Positions 20,197 to 29,879 of a DNA stretch of 64,000 bases are shown in pieces. Under the pieces are notes generated by a model that saw nothing but the letters and a program-made list of their open reading frames with translations, did no database searches and was not told the DNA's origin. This DNA is from an uncultured delta proteobacterium (GTDB lineage: Bacteria > Myxococcota_A > Polyangia > Palsa-1104), in assembly GCA_963785725.1 (NCBI GenBank), contig CAWAWS010000020.1:303201-367200 (forward strand), given 5' to 3'. A program made the position numbers and the translations under genes. The number at the start of each line of letters is the position of its first letter. The first letter of the stretch is position 1.

Positions 20197-20933
20197 GCGC
20201 TGCGGCGCGGTTCGGGAGGTGACCGCGACGGCGACGAAGACCGCTTGCGACCTCGGCGGTCTCGTCGCCGCCGGCTACTTCTTGGGCTGCTTAGAGCTCG
20301 AGAATCGTTCAGCGACTCTGCTGCTCCAGCTTAAGCCACGGATAATTTCGGGGAGCTGGCGACTGAGGCGTCTTCTTCGCCGGCGACCAAGTCACCTGGT
20401 GATCCTCGACAAACGCGCAGTCGGCGACGGTCCGATCGTGACACGCCGATCGGTCAGCATTTGCGAACGGCTGCTTGCCTGCTCAAGGAACCAACGGGAG
20501 AAGGACATCACGATGGACGAGGTCTTGTCCGGGAGCGCCGCGTAGGCCCGATAGGCCTGTCGTACGTCATCGAACCTCGGATCGTGTCCTCCGGCGAGCT
20601 CCCGGGGGCGTGCGTGGGTGCGGCGCGCGCGCGCCCGCAATAAACCTTCGATCGGCGTGCCGACTCCACGATGGCCGATTCCGACGGAGCGAGCTCGGTC
20701 GCGCGCACCGCGCGCCCGACCGAGCTCGCCAAGCCGTAAAACCGCAGCCCACCCATTCGCATCATTAGATCCGCCCGCCGTTCCGGCCGCCACGCCCCGC
20801 GCAGCCGCTGCACCATCGGCCCCGCCAGCGGCCCGAATTCCGCGCGGCGCCGATCTTTACATTCGCGTCCCTCATGCCGCGGCCCTGCCTTCCGATTGGA
20901 TCGTCACCGGCACCGATTGCCGCTCGAGGATCC

Positions 20934-23900
20934 ATGCGCCGCATCGTCGTCCCCACCCTTGCCCTGCTCGCGTTCGGCTGCACGACGCCGAAGAAAACAG
21001 GGACGCAGCCCACCCCGCCCAAGGTGGTCAAGGTCGCCATCGGCGGCAGCGTCAGCGGGCTCAGCGGTCACGGGCTCGTCCTCCAGAACGGCGGCGGCGA
21101 CGACCTGACCATCGCCGGCAACGGCAACTTCACGTTCGCGACCACCGTCGCCGCCGGCACGAATTACGCGGTGACCGTGTCACAGCAGCCGTCGGCGCCG
21201 ACCCAGCAGTGCGTCGTCGGCGCCGGCAGCGGCACGGCGTCGCACGCCGTCACCGACATCACCGTCACGTGCACGACGAGCGCCTACCACGTCGGCGGCT
21301 CGATCGTCGGCCTACTCGGCTCGGGCCTCGTCCTGCAAGACAACGGCGGCGACGACCTGAGCGTCGGTAGCACCGGCGCCTTCCAGTTCGCCACGCGCCG
21401 TCGCCAGCGCCAAATCCTACAGCGTCAGCATCACGCAGCAGCCGACGAACCCGCTGCAGCAGTGCAGCGTCAGCGGCGGCTCGGGCATCATCGGCGGCGG
21501 CAACGTCACCAGCGTCGTCGTCAATTGTACGGGCGACAGCTACACCATCGGCGGCACCGTCAGCGGTCTCGCCGGCTCCGGCCTCGTCCTGCAAGACAAC
21601 GGCGGCGACGACGTCGCGCTCACGGCCAACGGCAGCTTCGCCTTCGCGACGCCGCTCGCCAACGGCAAGCCGTTCGCCGTCACCGTCAAGACGCAGCCGT
21701 CGACGCCGCAGCAGACCTGCACCGTCACGCAAGGCGCCGGCACCGTCGACTCGGCCAACGTCAGCAACGTCGCCGTCAGCTGCGTCACCGCGCGCTACAC
21801 CGTCAGCGGCAGCGTCAGCGGCCTCGCCGGCTCCGGCCTCGTCCTGCAGGACAACTTGGGCGACAACCTGCCGGTCAGCGCCGACGGCAGCTTCACCTTC
21901 GCCACGTCCGTCGCCAGCGGCAGCACCTACGGCGTCACCGTGTTGGCGCAGCCGACGTCGCCGACGCAAACGTGCAGCGTGACCCACGGCGCCGGCACCA
22001 TCGCCACGAGCAACGTCAGCGACGTCGCCGTCAGCTGCACCGTCGACAGCTTCAAGGTCGGCGGCACCGTCGTCGGCGTCGCCGGCGCCGGCCTCGTGCT
22101 GCAAGACAACGGCACCGACGATCTCCCCATCAGCGGCGACGGCAAATTCACCTTCGCCATCGCGCTCGCCAGCGGCTCGACCTTCGCCGTCACGGTCAAG
22201 ACGCAGCCCGCTTCGCCCGCGCAAGTGTGCGTCGTCTCCGGCGACACGGGCACGATCGGCGGCGGCGACGTCGGCAGCGTCACCGTCAACTGCACGACCA
22301 ATCGCTACGTCGTCGGCGGCACCGTCAGCGGTCTCGCCGGCAGCGGCATGGCCATCGCGCTCAACGGCGGCGACTCGCTCGTCGTCACCGCCAACGGCAG
22401 CTTCGCGTTCCCCGACACCGTCGCCGACGGCGCGACCTACGGCGTCACCGTCGTCGCGCAGCCGACGTCGCCCGGCCAGACCTGCACCATCACCAACGAC
22501 AGCGGCACCATCGCCACCGCCGACGTCAGCAACGTCGCCATCAGCTGCACCAACAACCCGTCGCACGTCGGCGGCACCGTCAGCGGCCTCGTCGGCTCGG
22601 GCCTCGTCCTCGAGAACGAGCTCGGCGACGACCTCGCCATCGGCGGCAACGGCAGCTTCACCTTCGCCACCGCCGTCGCCTCCGGCCAGCCCTACTCGGT
22701 CACCGTCGCCACGCAGCCGTCGTCGCCGACGCAGACCTGCGTCGTCGGCAACGCCGCCGGCAACGTCACGTCGGGCTACGACATCTCCAACGTCACCGTC
22801 ACCTGCTCGACGAACCGCTACGCCATCGCCGGCGCCATCACCGGCCTTTCCGGCACCGTCGTCCTCACCGACAACGGCGGCGACACGCTGATCCTGAGCG
22901 GCGCCACCAGCTTCGTGTTCCCGACCAGCATCGCGAGCGGCGGCGCCTACGCCGTCGCCGTCGCCACGCAGCCGTCGACGCCCGATCAGACCTGCACCGT
23001 CAGCAACGACGCCTCGGGCATCGTCGGCGCGAGCGACGTCAACGACATCGTCGTCAGCTGCGTCACCAACAGCTATCCCATCAAGGTCACCGTCAACGGC
23101 CAGGACGGCCCCGGCCTCGTCCTCGAGAACAACGGCGGCGACGACCTCGCCATCGACGCCAGCGGCAGCTACGCCTTCGCCACGTCGGTCGCGAGCGGCG
23201 GCGCTTACGCCGTCACCATCATCGCGCAGCCGGCCGCGCCCTGCACGCTCTCGGCGAACGCCAGCGGCACCGTCGGCAGCGGCCCCGTCTCGGTCACCGT
23301 CAACTGCTCGACGAGCTCGTGGGTCGTCGGCGGCACCGTCAGCGGCCTCGCCGGCGCCGGCCTCGTCCTGCAAGACAACGGCGGCGACAATCTCGCCGTC
23401 AACGCCAACGGCAGCTTCGCCTTCGCCACCACCGTCGACGACGGCAGCGGCTACAACGTCACCGTCAAGACGCAGCCGACGAACGCCTGGCAGACCTGCA
23501 CCGTCACGTCCGGCAGCGGCACCGTCAGCGGCGGCGACGTCACCAGCGTCAGCGTCACCTGCGTCTCGACTCCGTACAACGTCGCCGTCACCGTCAGCGG
23601 TCTGGCCGGCTCGGGCCTCGTCCTCGAAGACAACAGCGGCGACGACCTCGCCGTCAGCGCCGACGGCACCTACAGCTTCGCCACGCCCGTCGCCAGCGGC
23701 AGCGCCTACTCGGTCACCGTGCTCGACCAGCCGACGTCGCCCTGGCAGACCTGCGTCGTCCAGTCGGGCAGCGGCCTCATCGCCAACGGCGCCGTCACCA
23801 TCAACGTCACCTGCACCGTCGACATGCACACCGTCGGCGGCACGGTCGTCGCGCTCGAGAACAGCGGCCTCGTCCTGCAGGACAACAGCGGCAACGACCT

Positions 23901-24643
23901 GTCAATCGCCGCCAACGGCAGCTTCGTCTTCACCAGCGCCTTGCCGAGCGGCAGCGCCTACTTCGTCACCATCGCCACGCAGCCCGTCGGCCAGTACTGC
24001 CTCGTGCGCTTCGGCAGCGGCACCATCACCGGCAGCGACGTCGGCAGCGTCATCGTCACCTGCGCGCACCTGACCAACGGCAGCTTCGAGACCGGCGACT
24101 ACAGCGCCTGGACGCTCTCGGTCGTCGACGCCTGCCCCGGCTGCTACGACTCCGGCACGTGGGGCGTGCTCGCGAGCGGCACCACGCTCAACTACAACGA
24201 CTACGTCTACGATTACTTCACGCAGGCGCCGATCCAGGAGGAGTCTGTGAACATGCCCGAGTCGTTCACCGCCAGCGACGGCAACTTCGTCGCCGTCGGG
24301 CTCGAGAACGGCCCCGCCGATCACCGCATCTACCAGGACGTCATCGTGCCTTTGACGGCGACGAACCTGAGCTGGGAGATGATGTACAACAACTCATTCG
24401 CAGGGCGCGTTCGATCCCGACAATCAGTACATCGCGCTCAACCTGCGCGACGTCGACACCGACGCCATCATCGCCACGCTCTACAAGACCACCGAAGGAT
24501 TGTGCCCCGAGGTCCTCGGCTCGATGACCACCTTCAGCGAGGACATCACGGCCTATCGCGGCCGCCTCGTGCGCATCGACTTCGAAATCCAGGCGCAGTT
24601 CGGCTTCTTGGACACCGGCGTCGATAACTTCCGCTTCGAGTAG
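20934..24643 (+). CDS. Giant lipoprotein with 12 tandem ~84-aa repeats and a ~190-aa C-terminal globular domain; two frame breaks (near 21397 and 24400)
   Basis: MRRIVVPTLALLAFGC lipobox. The repeat consensus is Y.VGGTVSGLAGSGLVLQDNGGDDL.V.ANGSFAFAT.VASGS.Y.VTV.TQPTSP.QTC.V..GSGT....V..V.V.C. The C-terminal domain reads TNGSFETGDYSAWT...RIDFEIQAQFGFLDTGVDNFRFE, with a stop at 24641-24643. The gene was assembled from ORFs 20874-24527 and 21856-24627 plus a third frame. Confidence 0.75.
21027..24072 (+). repeat. Coding tandem repeat array, 12 imperfect copies of ~254 bp
   Basis: The repeat units were read from the translated protein. Divergent copies share blocks such as GGCACCGTCAGCGGYCTCGCCGGCKCCGGCCTCGTCCTGCAAGACAACGGCGGCGAC. 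Confidence 0.8.
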
Positions 24644-24650
24644 CCACGCA

Positions 24651-24689
24651 GCGAAACGAGGTCGGCCCAGCTCGGCGGCCTCGTTTCGC
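24651..24689 (+). terminator. Stem-loop immediately after the repeat-lipoprotein stop codon (11-bp stem, no clear U-tract)
   Basis: GCGAAACGAGG ... CCTCGTTTCGC, 8 nt after the TAG. Confidence 0.35.
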
Positions 24690-24964
24690 CACCCTCCTCG
24701 CGCTTCACTTCACGACCTTCTCCGCTACCTCCGCCTCAGATTTCGTCGGTCTCGCGCACCGTCGTCGCCCGCGACAGGCGAAGACGGAACGCCGCAACGA
24801 TATCGGCCACGCAACCACGTCAGCGACAGCGCGCGACGAAGCTGCGTCACCGAGCGGCGCTAATCGTAAACTCCAGATTTTGGATTTTGACTTGGGGATT
24901 ACTGCGCCGACCGTTCAGACGATCGGCTGGGGACTACACGAGCTGCTGTGGCGCTGGGGCTTGG

Positions 24965-25315
24965 TTAGTAGCGACCGCCGCGGTCTCCACCGCGACCGCC
25001 ACCACCGCCACGACCACCGCCGCCACCGCCGCGGCCACCACCGCCGCCGCCGCCACCGGTGCGCTCCTGCGCCTCGTTGACCTTGAGCGAGCGACCGTCG
25101 AGCTGCTGGCCATTCCAGGCTTCCATCGCCGCCTGCGCGTCGGCCGGGCTGCCCATCTCGACGAAGGCGAAGCCGCGGGGTTGACCGGTGTCGCGGTCGG
25201 TCACGATTTTGACCTCCACGACTTTGCCGCCGCCCTGCTCGAAAGCCTGGCGCAGCGTGTCTTCCGACGTGTGGAACGAAATGTTACCGACGTACAAGCG
25301 GGTTCCGTTTGCCAT
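24965..25315 (-). CDS. RRM-type RNA-binding protein with a C-terminal Gly/Arg (RGG) tail
   Basis: The internal start at 25315 gives MANGTRLYVGNISFHTSEDTLRQAF (RNP2), then RGFAFVEM (RNP1), then a GGGGGGGGRGGGGGGRGGGGGRGGDRGGRY tail. Confidence 0.85.
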   Translation of the reverse strand: MANGTRLYVGNISFHTSEDTLRQAFEQGGGKVVEVKIVTDRDTGQPRGFAFVEMGSPADAQAAMEAWNGQQLDGRSLKVNEAQERTGGGGGGGGRGGGGGGRGGGGGRGGDRGGRY

Positions 25316-25375
25316 GGTATCCTCACTAACAACGTGGCCTAGGCCCCTTTGCAACTTTGTAAAGGGGCCTCGTAG

Positions 25376-25594
25376 CTATTTATCGCGATAGGTAATGAGT
25401 CCACGGCCCGGATCGTAAGGGGACACGGCCACAGTGACGCGATCGCCCAGTACGACGCGAATGCGGTTACGACGCATTCTGCCGGCCAAGTGCGCCAGCA
25501 CCGAGTGACCGCCTTCGACGTCGATGCGGAAGTTACCGCCGACGAGGATTTCGACCACTTTGCCTTCCATCTCGACTAGATCATCGCGCGACAT
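25376..25594 (-). CDS. infA: Translation initiation factor IF-1
   Basis: 72 aa; MEGKVVEILVGGNFRIDVEGGHSVLAHLAGRMRRNRIRVVLGDRVTVAVSPYDPGRGLITYR. Confidence 0.95.
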   Translation of the reverse strand: MSRDDLVEMEGKVVEILVGGNFRIDVEGGHSVLAHLAGRMRRNRIRVVLGDRVTVAVSPYDPGRGLITYRDK

Positions 25595-25697
25595 TCAATC
25601 CATCCCGACTCGCACTCGACACCCGCCGCCGGTAGGCTTTGAAACCCACCGGCGACGAGCTCGACTGCTTCATTACAGCAGAAAAAACCGAAACTTG

Positions 25698-25901
25698 CTA
25701 CCCGACGCGGCGGACGTTCGACGCCTGGAGGCCCTTCTGGCCCTGCGTCACTTCGAATTCGACCTGATCACCCTCGGCCAACGTGCGGAAGCCTTCGGAC
25801 TGGATCGCCGTGTGATGGACGAACACATCCGGGCCGTTCTCGCGCGTGATGAAGCCGAAGCCCTTCGCATCATTGAACCACTTCACAGTGCCTTTTTCCA
25901 A
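25698..25901 (-). CDS. Cold-shock protein (CspA family)
   Basis: 67 aa; [15 protein letters not shown] (RNP1) and DVFVHH (RNP2). It apparently uses a TTG start, preceded by AAGGTG. Confidence 0.9.
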   Translation of the reverse strand: MEKGTVKWFNDAKGFGFITRENGPDVFVHHTAIQSEGFRTLAEGDQVEFEVTQGQKGLQASNVRRVG

Positions 25902-26164
25902 AATACACCTTTTTCATTTGCCGGACCGGTCATCGCCACAGGGGACCGGCCCACATTCTACGTGCCCGCGTTGACAAGGAATTGTCCACGAAACGTGACG
26001 ACGCAAACAGTCTGCGCCCGGGGGGCACGAATGTCAAGCGTCGTGGTAATCGGCTCATTTCCAAAGATTACCGCGAGTTGTTTTTGCTTCGGACACGTCA
26101 CCATGGTCTCGCCGATGTACATGTAAGCGCCGGGCTTTTGACGACAAGTGGAAATATTCGGTGT

Positions 26165-27172
26165 CTACTGTCGCAGAACGAGCCGGCCGGTCAGCCCACC
26201 TGCGCGCACCCGCCGCTGCCCCTCCTCCGCGCGTTCGAGCGGCAGCTCTTCGGCGATCGGCAGCGTGAGCAGCGTGTCGCCGAGCCGCGCGAACAGCCGC
26301 GCCATGTCCGCCGCCGTGGCGCCGCTCGAGCCGACGACGCGCAAGGCGTTGACGATGACGTAGCCGAGGTTGAGGTCGACGCGCTCGTCGACGACGTTGC
26401 CGATGACGACGACGCGGCCGCCGAGCCGCAAGCTGCGCAGGCTGGCGTTGAACGTCGGCTGGCCGACACATTCGAGGGCGACGTCGATGCCGCGGACTCG
26501 CTTGTGGAAGCTGCCGCCGCCGTCGACGACCACTTCGGCGGCGCCGAGCGCGCGCACGGCGGCCGCGTGGCGCTCGTCGCGGACGACGGCGACGACTTCG
26601 CAGCCGAGCCGCGCGGCCAGCTGCACGCCGGCCGCGCCGACGCCGCCGTTGGCGCCGGTCACGAGGACGCGCTGGCCGGGCTCGACGTCGCCGAGCCCGC
26701 GCCAAACGGTGCCGAAGGTGCAGTGGTAGACGGCCGCCTGCGCCGCCGACAAGCCGTCCGGCAGCGCGAACAGGCCCGACTCGGGCACCAGCAGCGCATC
26801 GGCGTAACCGCCGTCGGCCAGGATGCCGAGCACGAACGCCGCCGACGGACAGAGCGACGTTTCGCCGCGCGCGCAGGCGGCGCAGTCGCCGCAGCCGTCG
26901 CGATGGAGCGTGCCGACGCGATCGCCGACGCGGAAGCGCGTGACCTCGTCACCGACGGCGACGACGCGACCGGCGGCTTCGTGACCGGGCGTGATCGGCA
27001 GCTGCATGAAGGCGAAGCGGCCGGCGCGGTCGATGATGTCGCGCTGACACACGCCGCACGCCTCGACGGCGACGTGCACCAGCTTGCCGGTCGGCGCCGG
27101 CAGCTCCGGCGCCGCCGACTCGACGTCCAGCTCATGGTCCCAACCGCGATGCAGCAGACGAACGCGACGCAT
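26165..27172 (-). CDS. Zn-dependent alcohol dehydrogenase / quinone oxidoreductase (MDR superfamily)
   Basis: 335 aa; ACGVCQRD, PGHEAAGRVVAVGDEV, and the Rossmann motif VLVTGANGGVGAAGVQLA. Confidence 0.85.
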   Translation of the reverse strand: MRRVRLLHRGWDHELDVESAAPELPAPTGKLVHVAVEACGVCQRDIIDRAGRFAFMQLPITPGHEAAGRVVAVGDEVTRFRVGDRVGTLHRDGCGDCAACARGETSLCPSAAFVLGILADGGYADALLVPESGLFALPDGLSAAQAAVYHCTFGTVWRGLGDVEPGQRVLVTGANGGVGAAGVQLAARLGCEVVAVVRDERHAAAVRALGAAEVVVDGGGSFHKRVRGIDVALECVGQPTFNASLRSLRLGGRVVVIGNVVDERVDLNLGYVIVNALRVVGSSGATAADMARLFARLGDTLLTLPIAEELPLERAEEGQRRVRAGGLTGRLVLRQ

Positions 27173-27208
27173 TCCTCCCAGTAGAACGTGTTTCAGTCGC
27201 TACGGCAA

Positions 27209-27352
27209 CTACCAGCGGCCGCGGCAGCCGTAGCCGTGGCAATGGTACGCGCCGTAATACGGGTGACGATAGCCGTCGTGGACGTAGCAGCCGGACAGCG
27301 CCAACGTCGAGAGCGCCAACGTCGCAAACATCAACTTGCGGAGCAGGCTCAT
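27209..27352 (-). CDS. Unlisted 47-aa micro-lipoprotein rich in Tyr/His/Cys/Gly
   Basis: My own translation is MSLLRKLMFATLALSTLALSGCYVHDGYRHPYYGAYHCHGYGCRGRW*. It has a signal peptide and an LSGC lipobox. It is below the 60-aa cutoff of the ORF track. Confidence 0.4.
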   Translation of the reverse strand: MSLLRKLMFATLALSTLALSGCYVHDGYRHPYYGAYHCHGYGCRGRW

Positions 27353-27453
27353 CGGTTCCTCCTGGCACGAAGTAATACAAGTGTCGTGCCGTTACGACGA
27401 GTCGGCGGTCGCATCGCTGGACAAGCGAGCCCGTCTCGTGCGAGGAACGCGCG

Positions 27454-28173
27454 ATGAGATCCGTCGTTTTATGCTCATTCGCGCTCGTCTTTTCCGCCTG
27501 TGGCGCCAACGAAGCCGATCCTTGTGCGCGCGCGGCCGCTTATGTGAACGGCTGCGCGGGCGCCGATACCGTCGCCGCGGGCACGTGCGATGCCGAAGGC
27601 GCCAAGCTGCTGCTGACGCTCGACTGCGCGCAAGTGACGCTGGCCGTGCGGCAGAAAGTCACGCCCGACAGCCTCACCAGCACCGTCGACTCCATCGCCT
27701 GCGCCGCCGGTATCACGCGCGACTGCCCCGATCCGGCGTGCACGGCGCCCGTCTATCCCGGCCCATCGACGACGTGCAGCGACTACATCGGCATCGCCGG
27801 CTGCGGCGGCTGCCAGTTCTACGCCTGCCGCGAAGCCGAGCACAGCTGCGGCCCGTCCGGCTACTACCTCGGGTTCGCCGAGAAATACTGCGTCCGCTTT
27901 CTGCAGCAGCTGCGCCCGCGCATGTCGCCCGCCGGCCAGCACTTCCTCGACGCCGGCCGCGACTGCTTGATGGACTACGTCGACACGCAGGTCCCCGTCG
28001 ACGAGAGCTGCGACCAGGTGAAGTCGGGCTCGCTCGCGTCGCACGTCGCCTGCTATAAGGACAACGGCTTCTGCCAGCTGCCGGTCAGCGATCAGTGGCT
28101 GCTCTTGAACACGATCGATCCCGCCGATTTTCAGCTGACCGAAGCGCTGGAGACGGGGTTGAGCTGCCTGTAG
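27454..28173 (+). CDS. Cysteine-rich secreted lipoprotein, function unknown
   Basis: MRSVVLCSFALVFSAC lipobox. The 239-aa protein contains about 20 Cys (for example GIAGCGGCQFYACREAEHSCGPSGYYLGFAEKYC). Confidence 0.6.
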   Translation: MRSVVLCSFALVFSACGANEADPCARAAAYVNGCAGADTVAAGTCDAEGAKLLLTLDCAQVTLAVRQKVTPDSLTSTVDSIACAAGITRDCPDPACTAPVYPGPSTTCSDYIGIAGCGGCQFYACREAEHSCGPSGYYLGFAEKYCVRFLQQLRPRMSPAGQHFLDAGRDCLMDYVDTQVPVDESCDQVKSGSLASHVACYKDNGFCQLPVSDQWLLLNTIDPADFQLTEALETGLSCL

Positions 28174-28229
28174 CCGTCGTCACCGCCGGCTGAGGGAGAA
28201 CGCGCGATTGCTGGTCCGAACGCGTCGGA

Positions 28230-29849
28230 CTAGGTGTTGCACTCGCTGGCGACGAAGCGCGCCTTCGACTGCTTGCCGAGCGTGATCACGCGGACGGCCG
28301 GGTCGGGCGTGTCGATGAACGGCACTTCGGGTCGAATGCCGAGCGGCGGCAGGCGCTCCTCGATCAGCTCTTCGTTGGCGTCGTAATAGTTGGCCTCGAC
28401 CGAGCGCAGATAGTCGGTGTAGCGATCGAACTCGCCGCGATTGCGCTTCAACGTCGCCCAAATCGCCGCCAGCGAGCCGCCGAAGCGCAGCGCGTTGTTG
28501 ACCTTGCCTTGCGCCGCCATTTTTCGCGGGATGTGCCGCGGATGATAGAAGCGATCGAGGCAGTCGAGCACCGCCTGCTGCAGCGTCGACGGGCGCATGT
28601 GCTTCGGAAAGAACGTGACGTAGTTGCCGTTCACGTAATCCCACGACGGCGCCAGCATGCGATGCCGCGGAATGCAGACGTTCTCCTGCATCTGCGTCGG
28701 AATCAGGCAGTACATGCTGACGTAATCGACGGCGTTCGTCTCCGCCCAGGCCAGCGTCGAGTACAGGTCGTCGACGCGCTGTCCGTCGGAGCCCATCAAG
28801 AACGAGCCGTGCACGCGGATGCCGTGGCGATGATAGGCGGCGACGCAGTCGGCCATCTCCTGCAGCTTGAGCCGCTTGTTCCACTCCTTTTGCGTCTCGG
28901 TGTCGAGCGACTCGAAGCCGACGTAGACGTTGGTGAAGCCGGCGCGACGCAAGAGCGGCAGCATGTCCGTGTCCTGCGCGTTCTCGACGCGCAGGAAGCA
29001 GGTGTAGTTGCCGCCTTCGTGCAAGCCCTCTTGGATCATGCGCGTGAGCAGCTCGATGATGAAGTCGCGCTTGACGACGAACAGGTTGTCGATGAACCAG
29101 ATGCGCGACGAATAGCGGCGGCGATCGCGCAGCTCGTCGAGGACGCGGTCGACGTCGCGCGTGCGATAGCTGCCGTATAAGTCGGGCGTGATGCAGAACT
29201 TGCAGGCGAACGGGCAGCCGCGCGACGCCTCGATGGTCATGAAGTAATAGCGACGGCGCAGGGCCTGCTCGAGCAGCGACATCTTGCGATAGCCGCGGAT
29301 GATCGACATCGACGTCGGCACGCCGAGGCGCTTGGTGAACGCGCGCGGCCCGGTGTGCGCGAGCTTGCCCTCGTGCCAGTAGCTGACGCCGAGGACGTCG
29401 CGAATGTCGGTCCTGCCGTTGAGCGCGGCCAGCAGCTCGACGATGGTGTCCTCGCCTTCGCCGCGCACGATGAAGTCCACCGCTTCGGCGCCCGCCGACG
29501 GAATGACCTTGGCCAAGCCGCCGCCGCCGATCGCGACCAAATTCGGGTTGAGCTTGCGCGCCTTGGCCAAGAGGCGCTCGTTCTTGTCCAAGTTGCCGGC
29601 CACTTGATGGACCAACACGGCGTCGGCGTCGGCCAGGTCGCGCTCGTCGAAGACCGACATGTCCTCGAGCAAAGCCTCCACCTCGTAGCCTTCCTGCTTG
29701 AGCAAAGAGCCGATCAAGACCGTGCCATGCCAGGGCATGATCGCGTTCTTGATGAAGTCGGTGCGCGCCGAGCGCAGCTCCACCAACTTGATCTTGCGGA
29801 TGGGACGGCCTTGATACGCGTACCGTGCGTCGAGCGTGGCAGCTTGCAT
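28230..29849 (-). CDS. B12-binding-domain radical SAM enzyme (class B)
   Basis: An N-terminal Rossmann-like cobalamin-binding region (VAIGGGG...FIVRGEGE) is followed by IEASRGCPFACKFCITP (CxxxCxxC). Confidence 0.85.
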   Translation of the reverse strand: MQAATLDARYAYQGRPIRKIKLVELRSARTDFIKNAIMPWHGTVLIGSLLKQEGYEVEALLEDMSVFDERDLADADAVLVHQVAGNLDKNERLLAKARKLNPNLVAIGGGGLAKVIPSAGAEAVDFIVRGEGEDTIVELLAALNGRTDIRDVLGVSYWHEGKLAHTGPRAFTKRLGVPTSMSIIRGYRKMSLLEQALRRRYYFMTIEASRGCPFACKFCITPDLYGSYRTRDVDRVLDELRDRRRYSSRIWFIDNLFVVKRDFIIELLTRMIQEGLHEGGNYTCFLRVENAQDTDMLPLLRRAGFTNVYVGFESLDTETQKEWNKRLKLQEMADCVAAYHRHGIRVHGSFLMGSDGQRVDDLYSTLAWAETNAVDYVSMYCLIPTQMQENVCIPRHRMLAPSWDYVNGNYVTFFPKHMRPSTLQQAVLDCLDRFYHPRHIPRKMAAQGKVNNALRFGGSLAAIWATLKRNRGEFDRYTDYLRSVEANYYDANEELIEERLPPLGIRPEVPFIDTPDPAVRVITLGKQSKARFVASECNT

Positions 29850-29879
29850 CCCCGACCCCCAATTCTGGCCCGTAGCGTT

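Noticed and set aside
20392-20816. Overlapping minus-strand ORFs 20392-20793 and 20508-20816, considered as a real gene.
   Set aside because: No single frame gives a coherent protein, and I could not place any family. I kept it only as a possible relic (see the finding for 20197-20933).
21027-24072. Regular ~254-bp periodic repeats that could be mistaken for a CRISPR-like or satellite array.
   Set aside because: The repeats are long, contiguous with no spacers, diverged, and translate in frame into a protein domain repeat. No cas genes are present.
24895-24935. Hairpin GCCGAUCG-UCUGAA-CGGUCGGC downstream of the RRM gene as a terminator.
   Set aside because: It is only an 8-bp stem with a wobble pair and no U-tract, which is too weak to call.
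24968-25060. GCC/ACC-rich low-complexity DNA resembling a microsatellite.
   Set aside because: It is the coding sequence of the RGG/Gly-rich tail of the RRM protein on the minus strand.
25902-26000. Candidate csp promoter on the minus strand (TTGTCA ... TAGAAT).
   Set aside because: Only ~11 nt separate the two hexamers, which is too short for a sigma-70 type promoter. The alternative -35 choices are poor.
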